From a bacterium (GTDB lineage Bacteria; Elusimicrobiota; Elusimicrobia; Elusimicrobiales; UBA9959): DNA of 64,000 bases. The position numbers and the translations under genes are program-made. Positions 28,884-38,902 of this stretch are shown one piece after another. Numbering within the stretch: position 1 is the stretch's first letter; each line of letters starts with the position of its first letter. The notes under the pieces are model-generated. The model was not told the origin of the DNA, ran no database searches, and worked only from the letters and a program-made list of their open reading frames with translations. The stretch lies in NCBI GenBank assembly GCA_021811185.1, contig JAJZPL010000016.1, positions 1-64,000 of the forward strand. The letters are read 5' to 3'.

Positions 28884-30364
28884 CGGGCGGCAGGGGCTGC
28901 GCCGAATCGCTGGACATCTATGGTGTAGCGGCGCCATTTGGTCTTGATGTATTTAACGCCCAGGTCCAGTTTGGCTTTTTCGGTGGTGATCGTAAGGTAG
29001 TTCCCGCTTATCCCGTTCGCCTCGCACAGGTCCAGCGTGGACAGGCAGGAGGTGGTCTTGATATCGGTCATCGCGCCGAACCATTTCGGGTTCTGTATCC
29101 TTTTCAGGAAGACGTGGATATTCTTTTTTATGTCCCGCTTGCGCTCCGGGGAAAGGCTGGCGAAATCTTTCGGGTCCGCTGCGTGGGCCCCTTTGGCGGC
29201 CGCTTCCAGCGGGGCGACGCCTCCGGATTTCAGCATGCTTTCTTCGGGGGGCGCCGCGGCTTCTTCGGGGGAGACGTACTTGGCGTCCCTGCCGTTTTGG
29301 GTGTCAGTGACCACCGATTGCAGCAGATCTTCGTCTTCCGCGGCCCCCGCGTCGTAGCCCATGTCCTGGCCGCTTTCGAGGCTGCCCGAAAGGGGGGCGG
29401 AAGCGGGGGATCCGACGCTGGAACTTCCGCCCGCGGCGCCTCCGCCTGAAACGTTAGCCGGACCGGAAGCCGCCGGGATCGAGCCGCCGCCGGAACCTCC
29501 GGCTACGGACGCCGCGCCGCCGCCCAGTTTGGAGTTATAGCTGCTCTGTGCTCCGCCCCTCGCGTTTTCCGTGGCGCCTTCCAGTTCTCCAATCCCCTTG
29601 GCCTGGTTCCCGGACATGCCGTTAAGTTTGTTGTCAGACCTGCCTCCCGCCGCCGGCCTGCCGCTGCCGTACTGCAAAGCCTGGTTCTGGCCGCCGTTCC
29701 TGGCCGGGGCGGAGGCGTACAGCCGCGGGGCGGACGCCTGGGAGCCTCCCGCCGCGGGACCGCCAAAGCCCGGGCGCAGGGCCGGTGCCGGCCTGCCGCC
29801 GGCGGCCGTGGAGAAAGCGGGACCCGCCGCGGCCCGCTGCTGCTTGCCGCGGGGTGCGCCTTGGGGCGAGGCCGCGACCTGCCCGGAGGAACCTTCGCCG
29901 GAGGAACCGCCGCCGAAAGAAGCGCTGCCCCCGAAGGCGGCGCCGCCTTCGCTGTTGTCCACCCAGGAGGCGGGATCGGTCCCGGAATTCCCTCCGTAAT
30001 TCTTTTCGTAATATTTCCCGAACGAGTCCCCATCCCCGCCGTTGTCTGAACTCCAGTCCTGGTCTTCGCCTCCGCGCTTGGCCGCTTCAGCGTACCTGGC
30101 GGCCGAGGCGGTGCCCCCGGGTTCTTCCCAGAAGCTGCTCATGAAAGCGTCGGCCCTCTGCTTAAGGGAGGCGCCGCTGTTCTTGAGGTCGCCGTAATAG
30201 GAGGAGATCCTGGCGGAAAAACTATGGAAGGTAATGCGGCTGGCAAAACTTTCCGTTTTCCTGCCGTTGTTCGCCACGTACACGAAAAACAGGAAGCCGC
30301 CGACAAGGAGGGTGATCATCCCTACCGCAAGGATCAGGGTTGGCTTTTTTGAGTTAGTTTCCAT
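28880..30364 (-). CDS. Membrane-anchored protein with a ~300-aa Gly/Ser/Ala-rich disordered region and a conserved C-terminal globular domain
   Basis: One N-terminal TM helix; extreme low complexity; ordered C-terminal ~90 aa (KRDIKKNIHVFLKRIQNPKWFGAM...); convergent 4-nt overlap with the GT-C gene. Confidence 0.55.
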   Translation of the reverse strand: METNSKKPTLILAVGMITLLVGGFLFFVYVANNGRKTESFASRITFHSFSARISSYYGDLKNSGASLKQRADAFMSSFWEEPGGTASAARYAEAAKRGGEDQDWSSDNGGDGDSFGKYYEKNYGGNSGTDPASWVDNSEGGAAFGGSASFGGGSSGEGSSGQVAASPQGAPRGKQQRAAAGPAFSTAAGGRPAPALRPGFGGPAAGGSQASAPRLYASAPARNGGQNQALQYGSGRPAAGGRSDNKLNGMSGNQAKGIGELEGATENARGGAQSSYNSKLGGGAASVAGGSGGGSIPAASGPANVSGGGAAGGSSSVGSPASAPLSGSLESGQDMGYDAGAAEDEDLLQSVVTDTQNGRDAKYVSPEEAAAPPEESMLKSGGVAPLEAAAKGAHAADPKDFASLSPERKRDIKKNIHVFLKRIQNPKWFGAMTDIKTTSCLSTLDLCEANGISGNYLTITTEKAKLDLGVKYIKTKWRRYTIDVQRFGAAPAAR

Positions 30365-30461
30365 AGGTCTCTGTGCTAAAGCGCTTATCCGTACCGAATT
30401 TAAACCAGATACAAATAGTATATAGGGTTTTTCTTCGATCCGCCAGCCCCCGGCGGCGCTT

Positions 30462-32384
30462 TCAGTAGAGCTTCCTGGTCTTGCCGTCCCAGTCCGTGAA
30501 GTACACGCCGTCCGCGGCGGTTATGAAAACGCCGTCCGCGGAAGCCGAGACCTGTTTTATCCTGTTGCTGATCACCGAGGGGAGTTCCCAAACCTTAACG
30601 TCCCCGGCGCCTGCCAGGTTTGTCCTGACCAGGTACCGGCTGCCCGAGACGAACCAGAGGTTGTCCCCGGCCGAGTGCACCAGTTCGATATCCCTGCCGT
30701 CTACGCCGGCCTTCTCCACCACCTTATCCGCTTTGATCCCGGAAAGAGCCCTGCCGTCCGAAGTAAGTACGTAGAACAGGGGGGCCTCCTGCGAGACCTC
30801 GGAGTAGCCGCCGAGCGCGGCCTTGAACCTTGAGATCTTCCTCGTTTCCATCCTGCCCCACACGGTGCCGTCCGGAGCTACCGTCAGGTTCGCCATCAGA
30901 CGGAAATATTTCGGCCAGACCATTTCGGCTTTGCCGTTCGGGCGGCACAGCCAGGTGGCGTAGCCGTCCTTCGTCTTGACCGGTACCAGGAAGTTCATGC
31001 CGTCGGCCAGCTCTACTCCGGGTTCGGGCCGGGCCAAGGCCTCGGCGCCGGGGATGGCCCAGCGTTTGCCGCGGTATTCCAGCGTTTTGCCGTCTTTGCC
31101 GAAGCGCGCGGCCGCGCCTTCGCTCAGGTATTTTTCTCCCAGGAAGCGCATGGAGCCGTCTTTTACCGACGAGACTTTCTTCCATTCGAGGCTGCTTTTT
31201 CCCGCGGGCAGCGGGGCATAGTAATAGCCGTCCTCCCTGCGTTCGATCAGGCCCGGCTCTTTGCCGGAGATCAGGGCGGCGCTCCAGATGCGCCTCACTT
31301 CCCCCAGCGCGGTAAAGCCCGCTTTCATGCTGCCGCCCAGCAGGCGCCCGCGGCCCAGCCGCGAATAGAGCACCCAGGTTTCGCCGGCCGGCCCCGCCAG
31401 GGTTTCGCCGTGAGCCAGGCTGAGGTTGGGCATGGAAAAGAGGCCCGCCTCCGGGCCGGCGGGTTCTATTATGGAACGGTTGCCGGCTGTGTCCAGGTAG
31501 AAAGTCTCACCCGAGAACGGTTTTTGCACAAGGATATGGCTTGCCGTTTCCTTTCGCGCGAGGGAAGAGTAGAGGGCGTTATTTATCCCGTAGAAGGACG
31601 AGAAGAGCCTGGTCACCGGCAGCGTAACTTCCCTGCCGCGCAGGTTGAACCAGGCCAGGGAAGCGTAGGAGCACAGCGCCGGGGCCGCGAGCAGCAGGAC
31701 GACGGCGGCTACGGCGGCGGCGGACCGCCTGGCCTGCCTGTCCCCCAGCCCGGACAGCAGTTTGAGCGCCAGCGCCCCGCAGGCCAGGGCCAGGGCGGCG
31801 ACGGCGGGTTTGATCAGCCACAACGGCACGATCTCGAAGGAGAGCTGCTGGAACTCGCCCATGTTTATCAGCGGGAACAGGGTGGCCGAAACGGCGGCTA
31901 TCGCCAGCGCGCCGCCGGCTATGCCGTTCCTGAACGCGTAGGAAAGCGTGAATCCGAACAGCGCCAGGAAGATCAGGGCGAAGGCGTAGAAGCGCAGCAG
32001 TTCCTCCTGTATCCTGGTCAGGGTTTCCAGCGGCAGGTTGAAGCCGAGGATGGCGCAGATGATAAAGACCAGCGCGCCGAGCTGCAGCATCACCGCGGTG
32101 AGCGAAGACAGCAGCAGGCGGTACTGCGAGACCGGCAGCGGCTGTTCTACGTTCCGCGCTTGTTCCCTGCCCGCCTCCGCGCCGGCTATGCCGGAAAGGA
32201 TCAAGGTCACCAGCGGGATGCCCGCCACGGCCCAGTAGAACATGGCCAGGTTCACGGCTTCCCGGGCGGACATGGCCTTGGACTTCACCAGCAGCGCCAG
32301 CGGCACGGCGGCCAGCACGGCTCCGAAGATCACCGTGAAGGTTAGCAGGCTCTTCCTTAATTGGAGCTTGATGAGGTTTTTCAT
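30462..32384 (-). CDS. ABC-2 type permease with a large C-terminal extracytoplasmic domain (YtrC/D-like)
   Basis: 6-7 TM segments then ~370-aa soluble domain with beta-rich repeats; downstream of the GntR-ATPase genes. Confidence 0.65.
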   Translation of the reverse strand: MKNLIKLQLRKSLLTFTVIFGAVLAAVPLALLVKSKAMSAREAVNLAMFYWAVAGIPLVTLILSGIAGAEAGREQARNVEQPLPVSQYRLLLSSLTAVMLQLGALVFIICAILGFNLPLETLTRIQEELLRFYAFALIFLALFGFTLSYAFRNGIAGGALAIAAVSATLFPLINMGEFQQLSFEIVPLWLIKPAVAALALACGALALKLLSGLGDRQARRSAAAVAAVVLLLAAPALCSYASLAWFNLRGREVTLPVTRLFSSFYGINNALYSSLARKETASHILVQKPFSGETFYLDTAGNRSIIEPAGPEAGLFSMPNLSLAHGETLAGPAGETWVLYSRLGRGRLLGGSMKAGFTALGEVRRIWSAALISGKEPGLIERREDGYYYAPLPAGKSSLEWKKVSSVKDGSMRFLGEKYLSEGAAARFGKDGKTLEYRGKRWAIPGAEALARPEPGVELADGMNFLVPVKTKDGYATWLCRPNGKAEMVWPKYFRLMANLTVAPDGTVWGRMETRKISRFKAALGGYSEVSQEAPLFYVLTSDGRALSGIKADKVVEKAGVDGRDIELVHSAGDNLWFVSGSRYLVRTNLAGAGDVKVWELPSVISNRIKQVSASADGVFITAADGVYFTDWDGKTRKLY

Positions 32385-32385
32385 A

Positions 32386-33258
32386 TTATTCTCCCAGCAG
32401 CGCCTTGAAGGCGGCGTCCAGTTCCAGGGTTTCTATCTCCGCTCCTTTCAGTTTCCCCGAATTTTTCAGAGCTTCCAGCTTTTCCCTGCCGAAAACGGCC
32501 AGTTCTGTTACCGACCCGGCCCGGCCGATGAGCCTTACCCCTTCTTCTTCCGCGGGGCGGGCTTCCTCGCGCGCGCTCACCTTGAAAGTTTCGGTCTTTA
32601 TGAAGTCCGCCCGGTGGTCGGCGGAGATCCTGCCGTCCTTCAGCACGCAGACCCGGTCCAGCAGGCCGCCCATCTCGCCCATGCGGTGGTTGGAGATAAG
32701 GATGGTCCTGCCCCCGTCGGCCATTTCGCTTATAAGGCCGTTCAGGAGATGGTCGCGCACCAGGTAGTCCAGGCCGGAGGTGGGTTCGTCGAGCAGCAGC
32801 AGTTGCGGGTTGAAGGCCGCCGCGCAGATCCAGGCCAGCTTGGCGGTGTTGCCCTTGCTGAGGTCGCCGGCTTTGGCGTTGGGGTCCAGTTCCAGGGTTT
32901 TGCAGAGCCGGGCGGCCTTGTCCTTGTCCCAGCCGGGAAAGAAGGAGGCGCGGAAAGCCAGCGCGTCGGCCACGGTCATGAAGCCGTGGAAGGCCGGCTT
33001 CTCCGGCACGTAGCCTATGAGGCCGCGCAGCCTGCCGCTGCCGTCGGGGGAGAGGCCCAGCGCGGAGACCGAGCCGGCGTCCGGGGCGATAAGGTCCAGG
33101 ATCACCTTGAAGAGCGTGCTCTTGCCGGAACCGTTGCGGCCGAGGATGCCTATCACTTCGCCTTCGGCGGCTGCCAGGTCCAGCCCGGCCAGCACTGTTT
33201 TGGAACCGAAGTTTTTAAAAAGGCCTTTACAGGTAAGGACGGCGTCATTGTCTTTCAT
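32386..33258 (-). CDS. ABC transporter ATP-binding protein (YtrB-like)
   Basis: Walker A GRNGSGKST; LSKGNTAKL signature; LLLLDEPTSGLD Walker B. Confidence 0.85.
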   Translation of the reverse strand: MKDNDAVLTCKGLFKNFGSKTVLAGLDLAAAEGEVIGILGRNGSGKSTLFKVILDLIAPDAGSVSALGLSPDGSGRLRGLIGYVPEKPAFHGFMTVADALAFRASFFPGWDKDKAARLCKTLELDPNAKAGDLSKGNTAKLAWICAAAFNPQLLLLDEPTSGLDYLVRDHLLNGLISEMADGGRTILISNHRMGEMGGLLDRVCVLKDGRISADHRADFIKTETFKVSAREEARPAEEEGVRLIGRAGSVTELAVFGREKLEALKNSGKLKGAEIETLELDAAFKALLGE

Positions 33259-33626
33259 ATAGTTTCCCTCTTTGCCTTGCTCACGATCTCGTCCAGGTCC
33301 GCGGCGCTCAGGCCGTTCTTGAGCCCGTCAGCTACCGCCTCGGCTATCCTGGCCTTCAGGTTCCTGGTGTCGGCCGCGGCCAGGGCCCGGGCGCGGGGGG
33401 AAACTATGTTCTCTTCCCCGCGCTTGGATTCGAAGAAGCCTTCGGCGGTAAGCTCCCGGCAGGCCCGGGCTACGGTGTTGGGGTTGAGCTTCAGCTGGGC
33501 GGCCAGCGCGCGGATGGACGGCGCGGCGTCGCCGGGGCGCAGCAGTTCCTTGCGGACGAGGCCTTTGAAGCCGGTCTTGATCTGCTCGTAGATCGGCGTG
33601 GGCGAATGGAGGTCGATGTTTATCAT
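33255..33626 (-). CDS. GntR-family (YtrA subfamily) transcriptional regulator
   Basis: Winged HTH PSIRALAAQLKLNPNTVARACREL; short 123-aa YtrA-like length; heads the ABC operon. Confidence 0.8.
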   Translation of the reverse strand: MINIDLHSPTPIYEQIKTGFKGLVRKELLRPGDAAPSIRALAAQLKLNPNTVARACRELTAEGFFESKRGEENIVSPRARALAAADTRNLKARIAEAVADGLKNGLSAADLDEIVSKAKRETI

Positions 33627-33628
33627 AA

Positions 33629-33662
33629 CTGTATCACCTTACTAGTACAGTGATAGTCTAGC
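33629..33662. promoter_or_regulatory. Candidate YtrA-type operator: ACTGTA-N12-TACAGT with central ACTAGT
   Basis: aactgtatcaccttactagtacagtgatag immediately upstream of the GntR start. Confidence 0.35.
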
Positions 33663-33737
33663 AGGCGTTCGGGCAATTGTCAAGGCCTGCCTGCGCCGGT
33701 TGTCAGACGGCCAAGGCCCGGAGTTAAGCCGCGGTCC

Positions 33738-36431
33738 TTACGCTGGATTTATTGGCAGGGAAAAATAGAATGTGGCGCCTTTGCCGGGGGCGCTTTCGGC
33801 CCAGACTTTGCCGCCGTGGCGCGCGACGATGCGTTTCACCGTGGAGAGGCCGATGCCGGTGCCTTCGAACTCTTCGGTCTTGTGCAGGCGCTGGAACACC
33901 GCGAAAAGCTTGTCTGAGTGCTCCATGCTGAAGCCCACGCCGTTGTCCCTTACGCCTACCACGTGCGCACCGTCTTTAAGCTGGTAAAGGACCTCTATTT
34001 TGGAGGGGCTGCTGCCGCGGCTGTACTTGGCGGCGTTGCCCAGCAGGTTCATGAAGACCTGCTTGAGCATCGCCTTGTCGCACCGCAGCAGCGGGAGGGC
34101 GGCCGCGGACCATTCGATCAGGCGGCCGGCGTTCTCGGCCTTCAAGTCCGCCACGCAGTCGGCCAGCAGGGCGGCCAGGTCTACCGGCTCCAGATTAAGG
34201 GGTTTCTTGCCGGTGGTCGAAAGCGTGAGCAGGCCTTCCACCAGTTTGGTCATCTGGGTCACCGACTTGCGGATGTTCTGCAGCAGTACGCGCGGCTCGT
34301 CCTTCAGGTCCCCGCCGGCTTCCTTTTCAAGCATCTCGGCGAAAATGTTAACGCGGCGCAGCGGGGCCTTCATGTCGTGAGCGGCGGAATAGGAGAAGGC
34401 CTCCAGTTCCGCGTTGAGTTCTTCCAGCTGCAGGGTGCGTTCTTCCACCCGCTTTTCCAGCCCGGCGTTGACCAGCATCAGCTGCAGGTGCGCCGCTTTA
34501 AGCTCGGCTTCCGTTCTCTTGCGCTCCGTGATGTCCTGTACTATGGCCATCGCGCAGGGGAGCCCCTCGTAGGATATCGGGACGGTGTTTATTTCCACGT
34601 CGAGCACCGTCCCGTCGGCCGCCACCAGCTTTTCCTCCGCGGGGGGCAGGGTGGTTCCGGACGCCGCAGCCGTGCGCATTCGTTCTTTTACGAAGTCCCT
34701 GAAATCCGGGTGCATAAATTCCAGCACGTTCCTGCCCGTCACGTCCGCCGGGCGGGCTACCCGCACTATCTCCGCCATCTTGTTGTTGACGAACTTCATC
34801 ACGCCCGCCTGGTGCACCACGATGCCGACCTGCGCGTTGTTCACCAGCGTGCGGTACCTTTCTTCGCTCTCCTGCAGGGCGTCCTGCGACCGTTTGCGCT
34901 CGGTGATGTCGCGGCACAGCGTCAGGATGCGCGGCTCGCCGCCCATGTCCACCACGGTGGCGTTCAATTCTATCGGAGTGATCGCGCCGCGCTTGTCCGT
35001 ATAGTCTATCTCCAGGTTCCTTATCTGGCCCGTCGTGGCGCAGTTCTCTATGGCGCGGGCGTTCTTTTCTTTTTCGTAAGGGGCCGTCCAGTCCAGCACG
35101 GACCGGCCCAGGATCTCGTCCAGTTTTAAGTGCCCGGTCAGGCGGACATATTCCTGGTTGGCGTCCAGTACCCGGCCGGTTTTGTCTATTATAAGGAAGC
35201 CGGTGTTGGTGGTCTCTATCAGCGCGCGGTACTGGGCTTCGCTGCGCTGCAGGGCCTGCTCGGCCAGCTTGCGGTCGGTCACGTCGCGCACGCTTTCGAT
35301 GGCGCCGTAGACGTTGCCTTCGTTGTCCTGGAGCGGAGAGGCGGTCACCCACAAGTGCGCGCCCGCGCCGCTGTTGAGCGAGGGGACGAAAACCTCGGCG
35401 TAGATGGCGCCGTCGGCCCGCTTGGTGACGTACTCGTAAAACTTCTCCTCTTCCGGGTGGGCCGCGCCTATCAGGTCGATAAGGATAGGCCGGGGCTCGC
35501 CGTAGAACGGTACCGAGTAGGCGTAATCCCCCTTGCCGAGCATGTCGGCTTTGGGCACGCCGGTCAACTTTTCGAGGGCCCGGTTCCAGGCGATAACTTT
35601 CCTGTTCTTATCGATCACGAAGGTGGCGTCCGGGAAGAACTCTATGATGCCCAGCAGTTCCTGCTGGGCTGCCTTGAGCGCGCCTTCCCTGAAGATCCGC
35701 ATCGCGCCCAGGATGGCGCCGAAGATCGCGGCTGCGCAGGCGGCGCGGAACAGCTGCACCGGCAGCCCTACGGCGGCGAGGAAAGTCTCGGTGTTAAGGA
35801 GGGTGGAGGGGAAAACGGCCCCTTTGGGGAGGACAAGCCCTCCCAGCACGGAGTAGGCCAGGAAGGCCGTTCCGGCCAGCAGGAAATATTTCCTGGCCTT
35901 AAGGCGGACCAGGGTCTCCTCCCTGTGGACGGCGTAGCCGAGGAAGGCCAGCCCGGCCAGCAGCGCCCCGGGGAAACCCAGCAGCAGGCGCGAAAGTTCC
36001 GGGAGAGACTTCAGCATATCGCCGGAGAGAGCGGAGAGAGCCAGGGCGAGAACAAAGAGCGCGGGGGTTAGCGCCCGGCCGTACAGCCAGGGAGCTTTTC
36101 CGCGCAAGCCCGGTACTTCGCCGCACAAAGCCTTTACCGAGCGCCGTCCGAACTCCAGCAGGAAAAGATACGAGGCGGCCAGGACCGCAAGCCCCGCGGC
36201 GGAGACCCACTGCTTCGGGGCGGGGTGGATTATGCCCCACATGTCCATGAATTCGTTCAGGCCGTGGACCAGGCCGAACCAGCCCAGCAGCCGGAGCGAC
36301 TCCGCCAGCGCGAAACTGCTCTCTTTCCTGGGCTGCAGGAAAAGCAGCAGACCCATGGCCGAGAAACTCAGCCCGTAAATGAAGAAAATAAGGTCCAGTC
36401 TGCCGCGGACGGATACGCAAAATGATTCCAT
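33738..36431 (-). CDS. Membrane sensor histidine kinase with multiple PAS domains
   Basis: N-terminal multi-TM sensor; three PAS/PAC segments; HisKA (AHDMKAPLR) and HATPase (GTGIGLS). Confidence 0.85.
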   Translation of the reverse strand: MESFCVSVRGRLDLIFFIYGLSFSAMGLLLFLQPRKESSFALAESLRLLGWFGLVHGLNEFMDMWGIIHPAPKQWVSAAGLAVLAASYLFLLEFGRRSVKALCGEVPGLRGKAPWLYGRALTPALFVLALALSALSGDMLKSLPELSRLLLGFPGALLAGLAFLGYAVHREETLVRLKARKYFLLAGTAFLAYSVLGGLVLPKGAVFPSTLLNTETFLAAVGLPVQLFRAACAAAIFGAILGAMRIFREGALKAAQQELLGIIEFFPDATFVIDKNRKVIAWNRALEKLTGVPKADMLGKGDYAYSVPFYGEPRPILIDLIGAAHPEEEKFYEYVTKRADGAIYAEVFVPSLNSGAGAHLWVTASPLQDNEGNVYGAIESVRDVTDRKLAEQALQRSEAQYRALIETTNTGFLIIDKTGRVLDANQEYVRLTGHLKLDEILGRSVLDWTAPYEKEKNARAIENCATTGQIRNLEIDYTDKRGAITPIELNATVVDMGGEPRILTLCRDITERKRSQDALQESEERYRTLVNNAQVGIVVHQAGVMKFVNNKMAEIVRVARPADVTGRNVLEFMHPDFRDFVKERMRTAAASGTTLPPAEEKLVAADGTVLDVEINTVPISYEGLPCAMAIVQDITERKRTEAELKAAHLQLMLVNAGLEKRVEERTLQLEELNAELEAFSYSAAHDMKAPLRRVNIFAEMLEKEAGGDLKDEPRVLLQNIRKSVTQMTKLVEGLLTLSTTGKKPLNLEPVDLAALLADCVADLKAENAGRLIEWSAAALPLLRCDKAMLKQVFMNLLGNAAKYSRGSSPSKIEVLYQLKDGAHVVGVRDNGVGFSMEHSDKLFAVFQRLHKTEEFEGTGIGLSTVKRIVARHGGKVWAESAPGKGATFYFSLPINPA

Positions 36432-36575
36432 GAAAAATAGCAGCCTATTCTATGCCGCGCAAGTCCGGGAGCTGCCGGGAACAGGGCGCTGAATAAATTT
36501 AAATCCCCCGCTTTTGGTATTATAGCGGTAGGGGAAGAATTTTACAACTTTTAAAAGAAGAAGCCCGTCCGCGTG

Positions 36576-38807
36576 ATGAATAAAAAGATCCGGATATTTA
36601 TCCTTTTAGGAGCGCTGGCCCTGCTGACGGCCCTGGGGCTGGGCCTTTCGCTGCTGGCCGAGTATAAACTTTCCCGACTGGCGCCGGGCGGGCTGGGCGA
36701 AGCCTTTTCCACCAGGATCTACGGCGCGCCCTTCGCGGTGAAGCCGGGGGACCTTACGCCGCCGGCAGCGCTGCTGCGGCGCCTGGGGCGGCTCGGTTAC
36801 CGCGCGTCGGAGAAGCCGGCGGCCCCCGGCGAGTATTCCTGGCGGCCTCCGGTCCTGGCCGTAAGCCTGCGCGGCTTCGCTTCCCCGGCCGCCAGCCAGG
36901 AGCCGCTGACGGCCGAACTGGAATACGGCGGGGACGGCTGGGAGATAAAGTCTTCCAGCGGGGCGGAAGGCTTCCTGCTGGAGCCGGAACTGGCCGCCGA
37001 ACTTTCCGGCCCGAACAAGGTGCGGAGGGAACCGGCCGGGGCGGCCGATATCCCGGAAAAGCTGCGCTCCGCCGTTATGGCGGTGGAGGATAAGAGATTT
37101 TTGCGGCACCACGGCGTGGACCTCCGGGCCACGGCGGGCGCGCTCTGGCGCGACCTGACCCGGCACGGCGTCTGGGGCGGCAGCACCATAACGCAGCAGC
37201 TGGCCAAGAACCTCTTTCTGAACCCGCGCCGCACGCTGCGCCGCAAGCTGGCCGAGGCGTTCCTGGCTTTTTACCTGGAGCGGCGCTACAGTAAACAGCA
37301 GATCATGGCCATGTACCTGAACCAGATCTACCTGGGCCAGGACGGGGCGGTAAGCGTAGCGGGCGTCAAGGCGGCCGCCGGCTTCTACTTCGGAAAAAAG
37401 CTGCCCGAGCTGAGCCTGGCGGAGAGCGCGCTGCTGGCCGGCATGATCAGGTCCCCTTACCGCTACAACCCGCGGCGCGACCCCGGCGCCGCGCTGAAGC
37501 GGCGCAATTACGCGCTCTCGCGCATGCTGGCGGAGGGGATGATCACCCCGGCGGAAAGAGCGGCGGCCGCGGCCGAGCCGCTGCGCCTGGCCGAACTGCC
37601 GCGCCGCGCCGAAAAGGACGACAACGCCTATTTCACTGCGGAGGTGGTGCGCCGGCTGATGCTGCGGTACACCGAGGATGAAGTGTTCCGGTACGGGCTT
37701 TCCGTTTACACCACGCTGGACACCGAGCTGCAGGCCGCCGCCGCGGCCGCGGTGGGCAAGGCGCGGTACGAAGCCGCGCTCGTCGCGCTGGACCCGGCCA
37801 GCGGCGCCGTGCTGGCGCTGGCCGGCGGCAAGGATTACGGCGTCTCGCAGTTCAACCGGGCTACCCAGGCCCGGCGGCAGCCCGGCAGCGCCTTCAAGCC
37901 TTTCGTCTACGGCGCGGCGCTGGAAGCGGGTTTCACCCCGGCCACCCTGCTGGACGATTCCGCCAGGAACTACCCGAACCCGGGCGGCGTGCGCTGGGCC
38001 CCGCGCAACTACGGCGGCGTGTATTACGGCACTTCCACGCTGCGCCTTGCGCTGGCCCATTCCATGAATTCCGCCACGCTGGACCTGGCCGGCCGGCTCG
38101 GCCCCGCCAAAATAACGGCTTTCGCCGTCAGGCTCGGCATCAGGAGCCCGCTGGAGAAAAGCCTGGCCGTGGCGCTGGGCTCCTCCGAGGTCAGCCTGCT
38201 GGAGCTTACCGCCGCTTACGCGCCTTTCGACAACGGCGGGTTCCGGGTGGAGCCTGTGCTGATCACGGCGGTGCGGGCTTCCGGCGGAGAGACGCTGGAG
38301 GCCGCCCCCTGGGAGCGGACCCCGGTCATCCAGCCGGCGCTGGCCTACCTCATAACCTCGCTGTTGGAGAGCGTGGTCAGCGAAGGTACCGCGGGGAATT
38401 TGGCGAGAATTTACGGCTGGAACAGGCCGGCCGCAGGCAAGACCGGCACCACCACCGGCGGACGGGACGCCTGGTTCATTGGCTACACCCCCGAACTTCT
38501 GGCCGGGGTTTGGGCCGGCGACGATTCGAACCGCGCGGTAGGCGGCCTGGGCGCGGCCGACGCTCTGCCTGTCTGGTCGGCGTTCATGGAGGGCGCGCTG
38601 GCCGGCCTGCCGCCTGAAAAATTCAAGCCGCCGTCCGAAGGCCTGGTCTCGGCCGTTATCGATCCCGCCAGCGGCCTGCTTGCTGTGGCCGGCTGCCCGG
38701 AACGGGTAAAGGAATATTTCCTCGCCGGCACGGCGCCGGTAGAGAAATGCCCGCTGCATTCCAGGGGCCTGAAAGGCTGGTTCAAGCGCCTTTTCGGCAT
38801 AAAGTGA
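36576..38807 (+). CDS. mrcA: Class A penicillin-binding protein 1A (transglycosylase + transpeptidase)
   Basis: GT51 motifs (EDKRFLRHHGVD, GGSTITQQL); transpeptidase SAFK, SMN and KTGT motifs. Confidence 0.85.
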   Translation: MNKKIRIFILLGALALLTALGLGLSLLAEYKLSRLAPGGLGEAFSTRIYGAPFAVKPGDLTPPAALLRRLGRLGYRASEKPAAPGEYSWRPPVLAVSLRGFASPAASQEPLTAELEYGGDGWEIKSSSGAEGFLLEPELAAELSGPNKVRREPAGAADIPEKLRSAVMAVEDKRFLRHHGVDLRATAGALWRDLTRHGVWGGSTITQQLAKNLFLNPRRTLRRKLAEAFLAFYLERRYSKQQIMAMYLNQIYLGQDGAVSVAGVKAAAGFYFGKKLPELSLAESALLAGMIRSPYRYNPRRDPGAALKRRNYALSRMLAEGMITPAERAAAAAEPLRLAELPRRAEKDDNAYFTAEVVRRLMLRYTEDEVFRYGLSVYTTLDTELQAAAAAAVGKARYEAALVALDPASGAVLALAGGKDYGVSQFNRATQARRQPGSAFKPFVYGAALEAGFTPATLLDDSARNYPNPGGVRWAPRNYGGVYYGTSTLRLALAHSMNSATLDLAGRLGPAKITAFAVRLGIRSPLEKSLAVALGSSEVSLLELTAAYAPFDNGGFRVEPVLITAVRASGGETLEAAPWERTPVIQPALAYLITSLLESVVSEGTAGNLARIYGWNRPAAGKTGTTTGGRDAWFIGYTPELLAGVWAGDDSNRAVGGLGAADALPVWSAFMEGALAGLPPEKFKPPSEGLVSAVIDPASGLLAVAGCPERVKEYFLAGTAPVEKCPLHSRGLKGWFKRLFGIK

Positions 38808-38902
38808 CATAGCCCCGGACCGCCAGAATCCCCATACGCGCCCCTCAAATTAAAGTAAAATTTAATCAGGCTCAATTCCTTAAACCTGCTTGGAGGCAAA
38901 CA

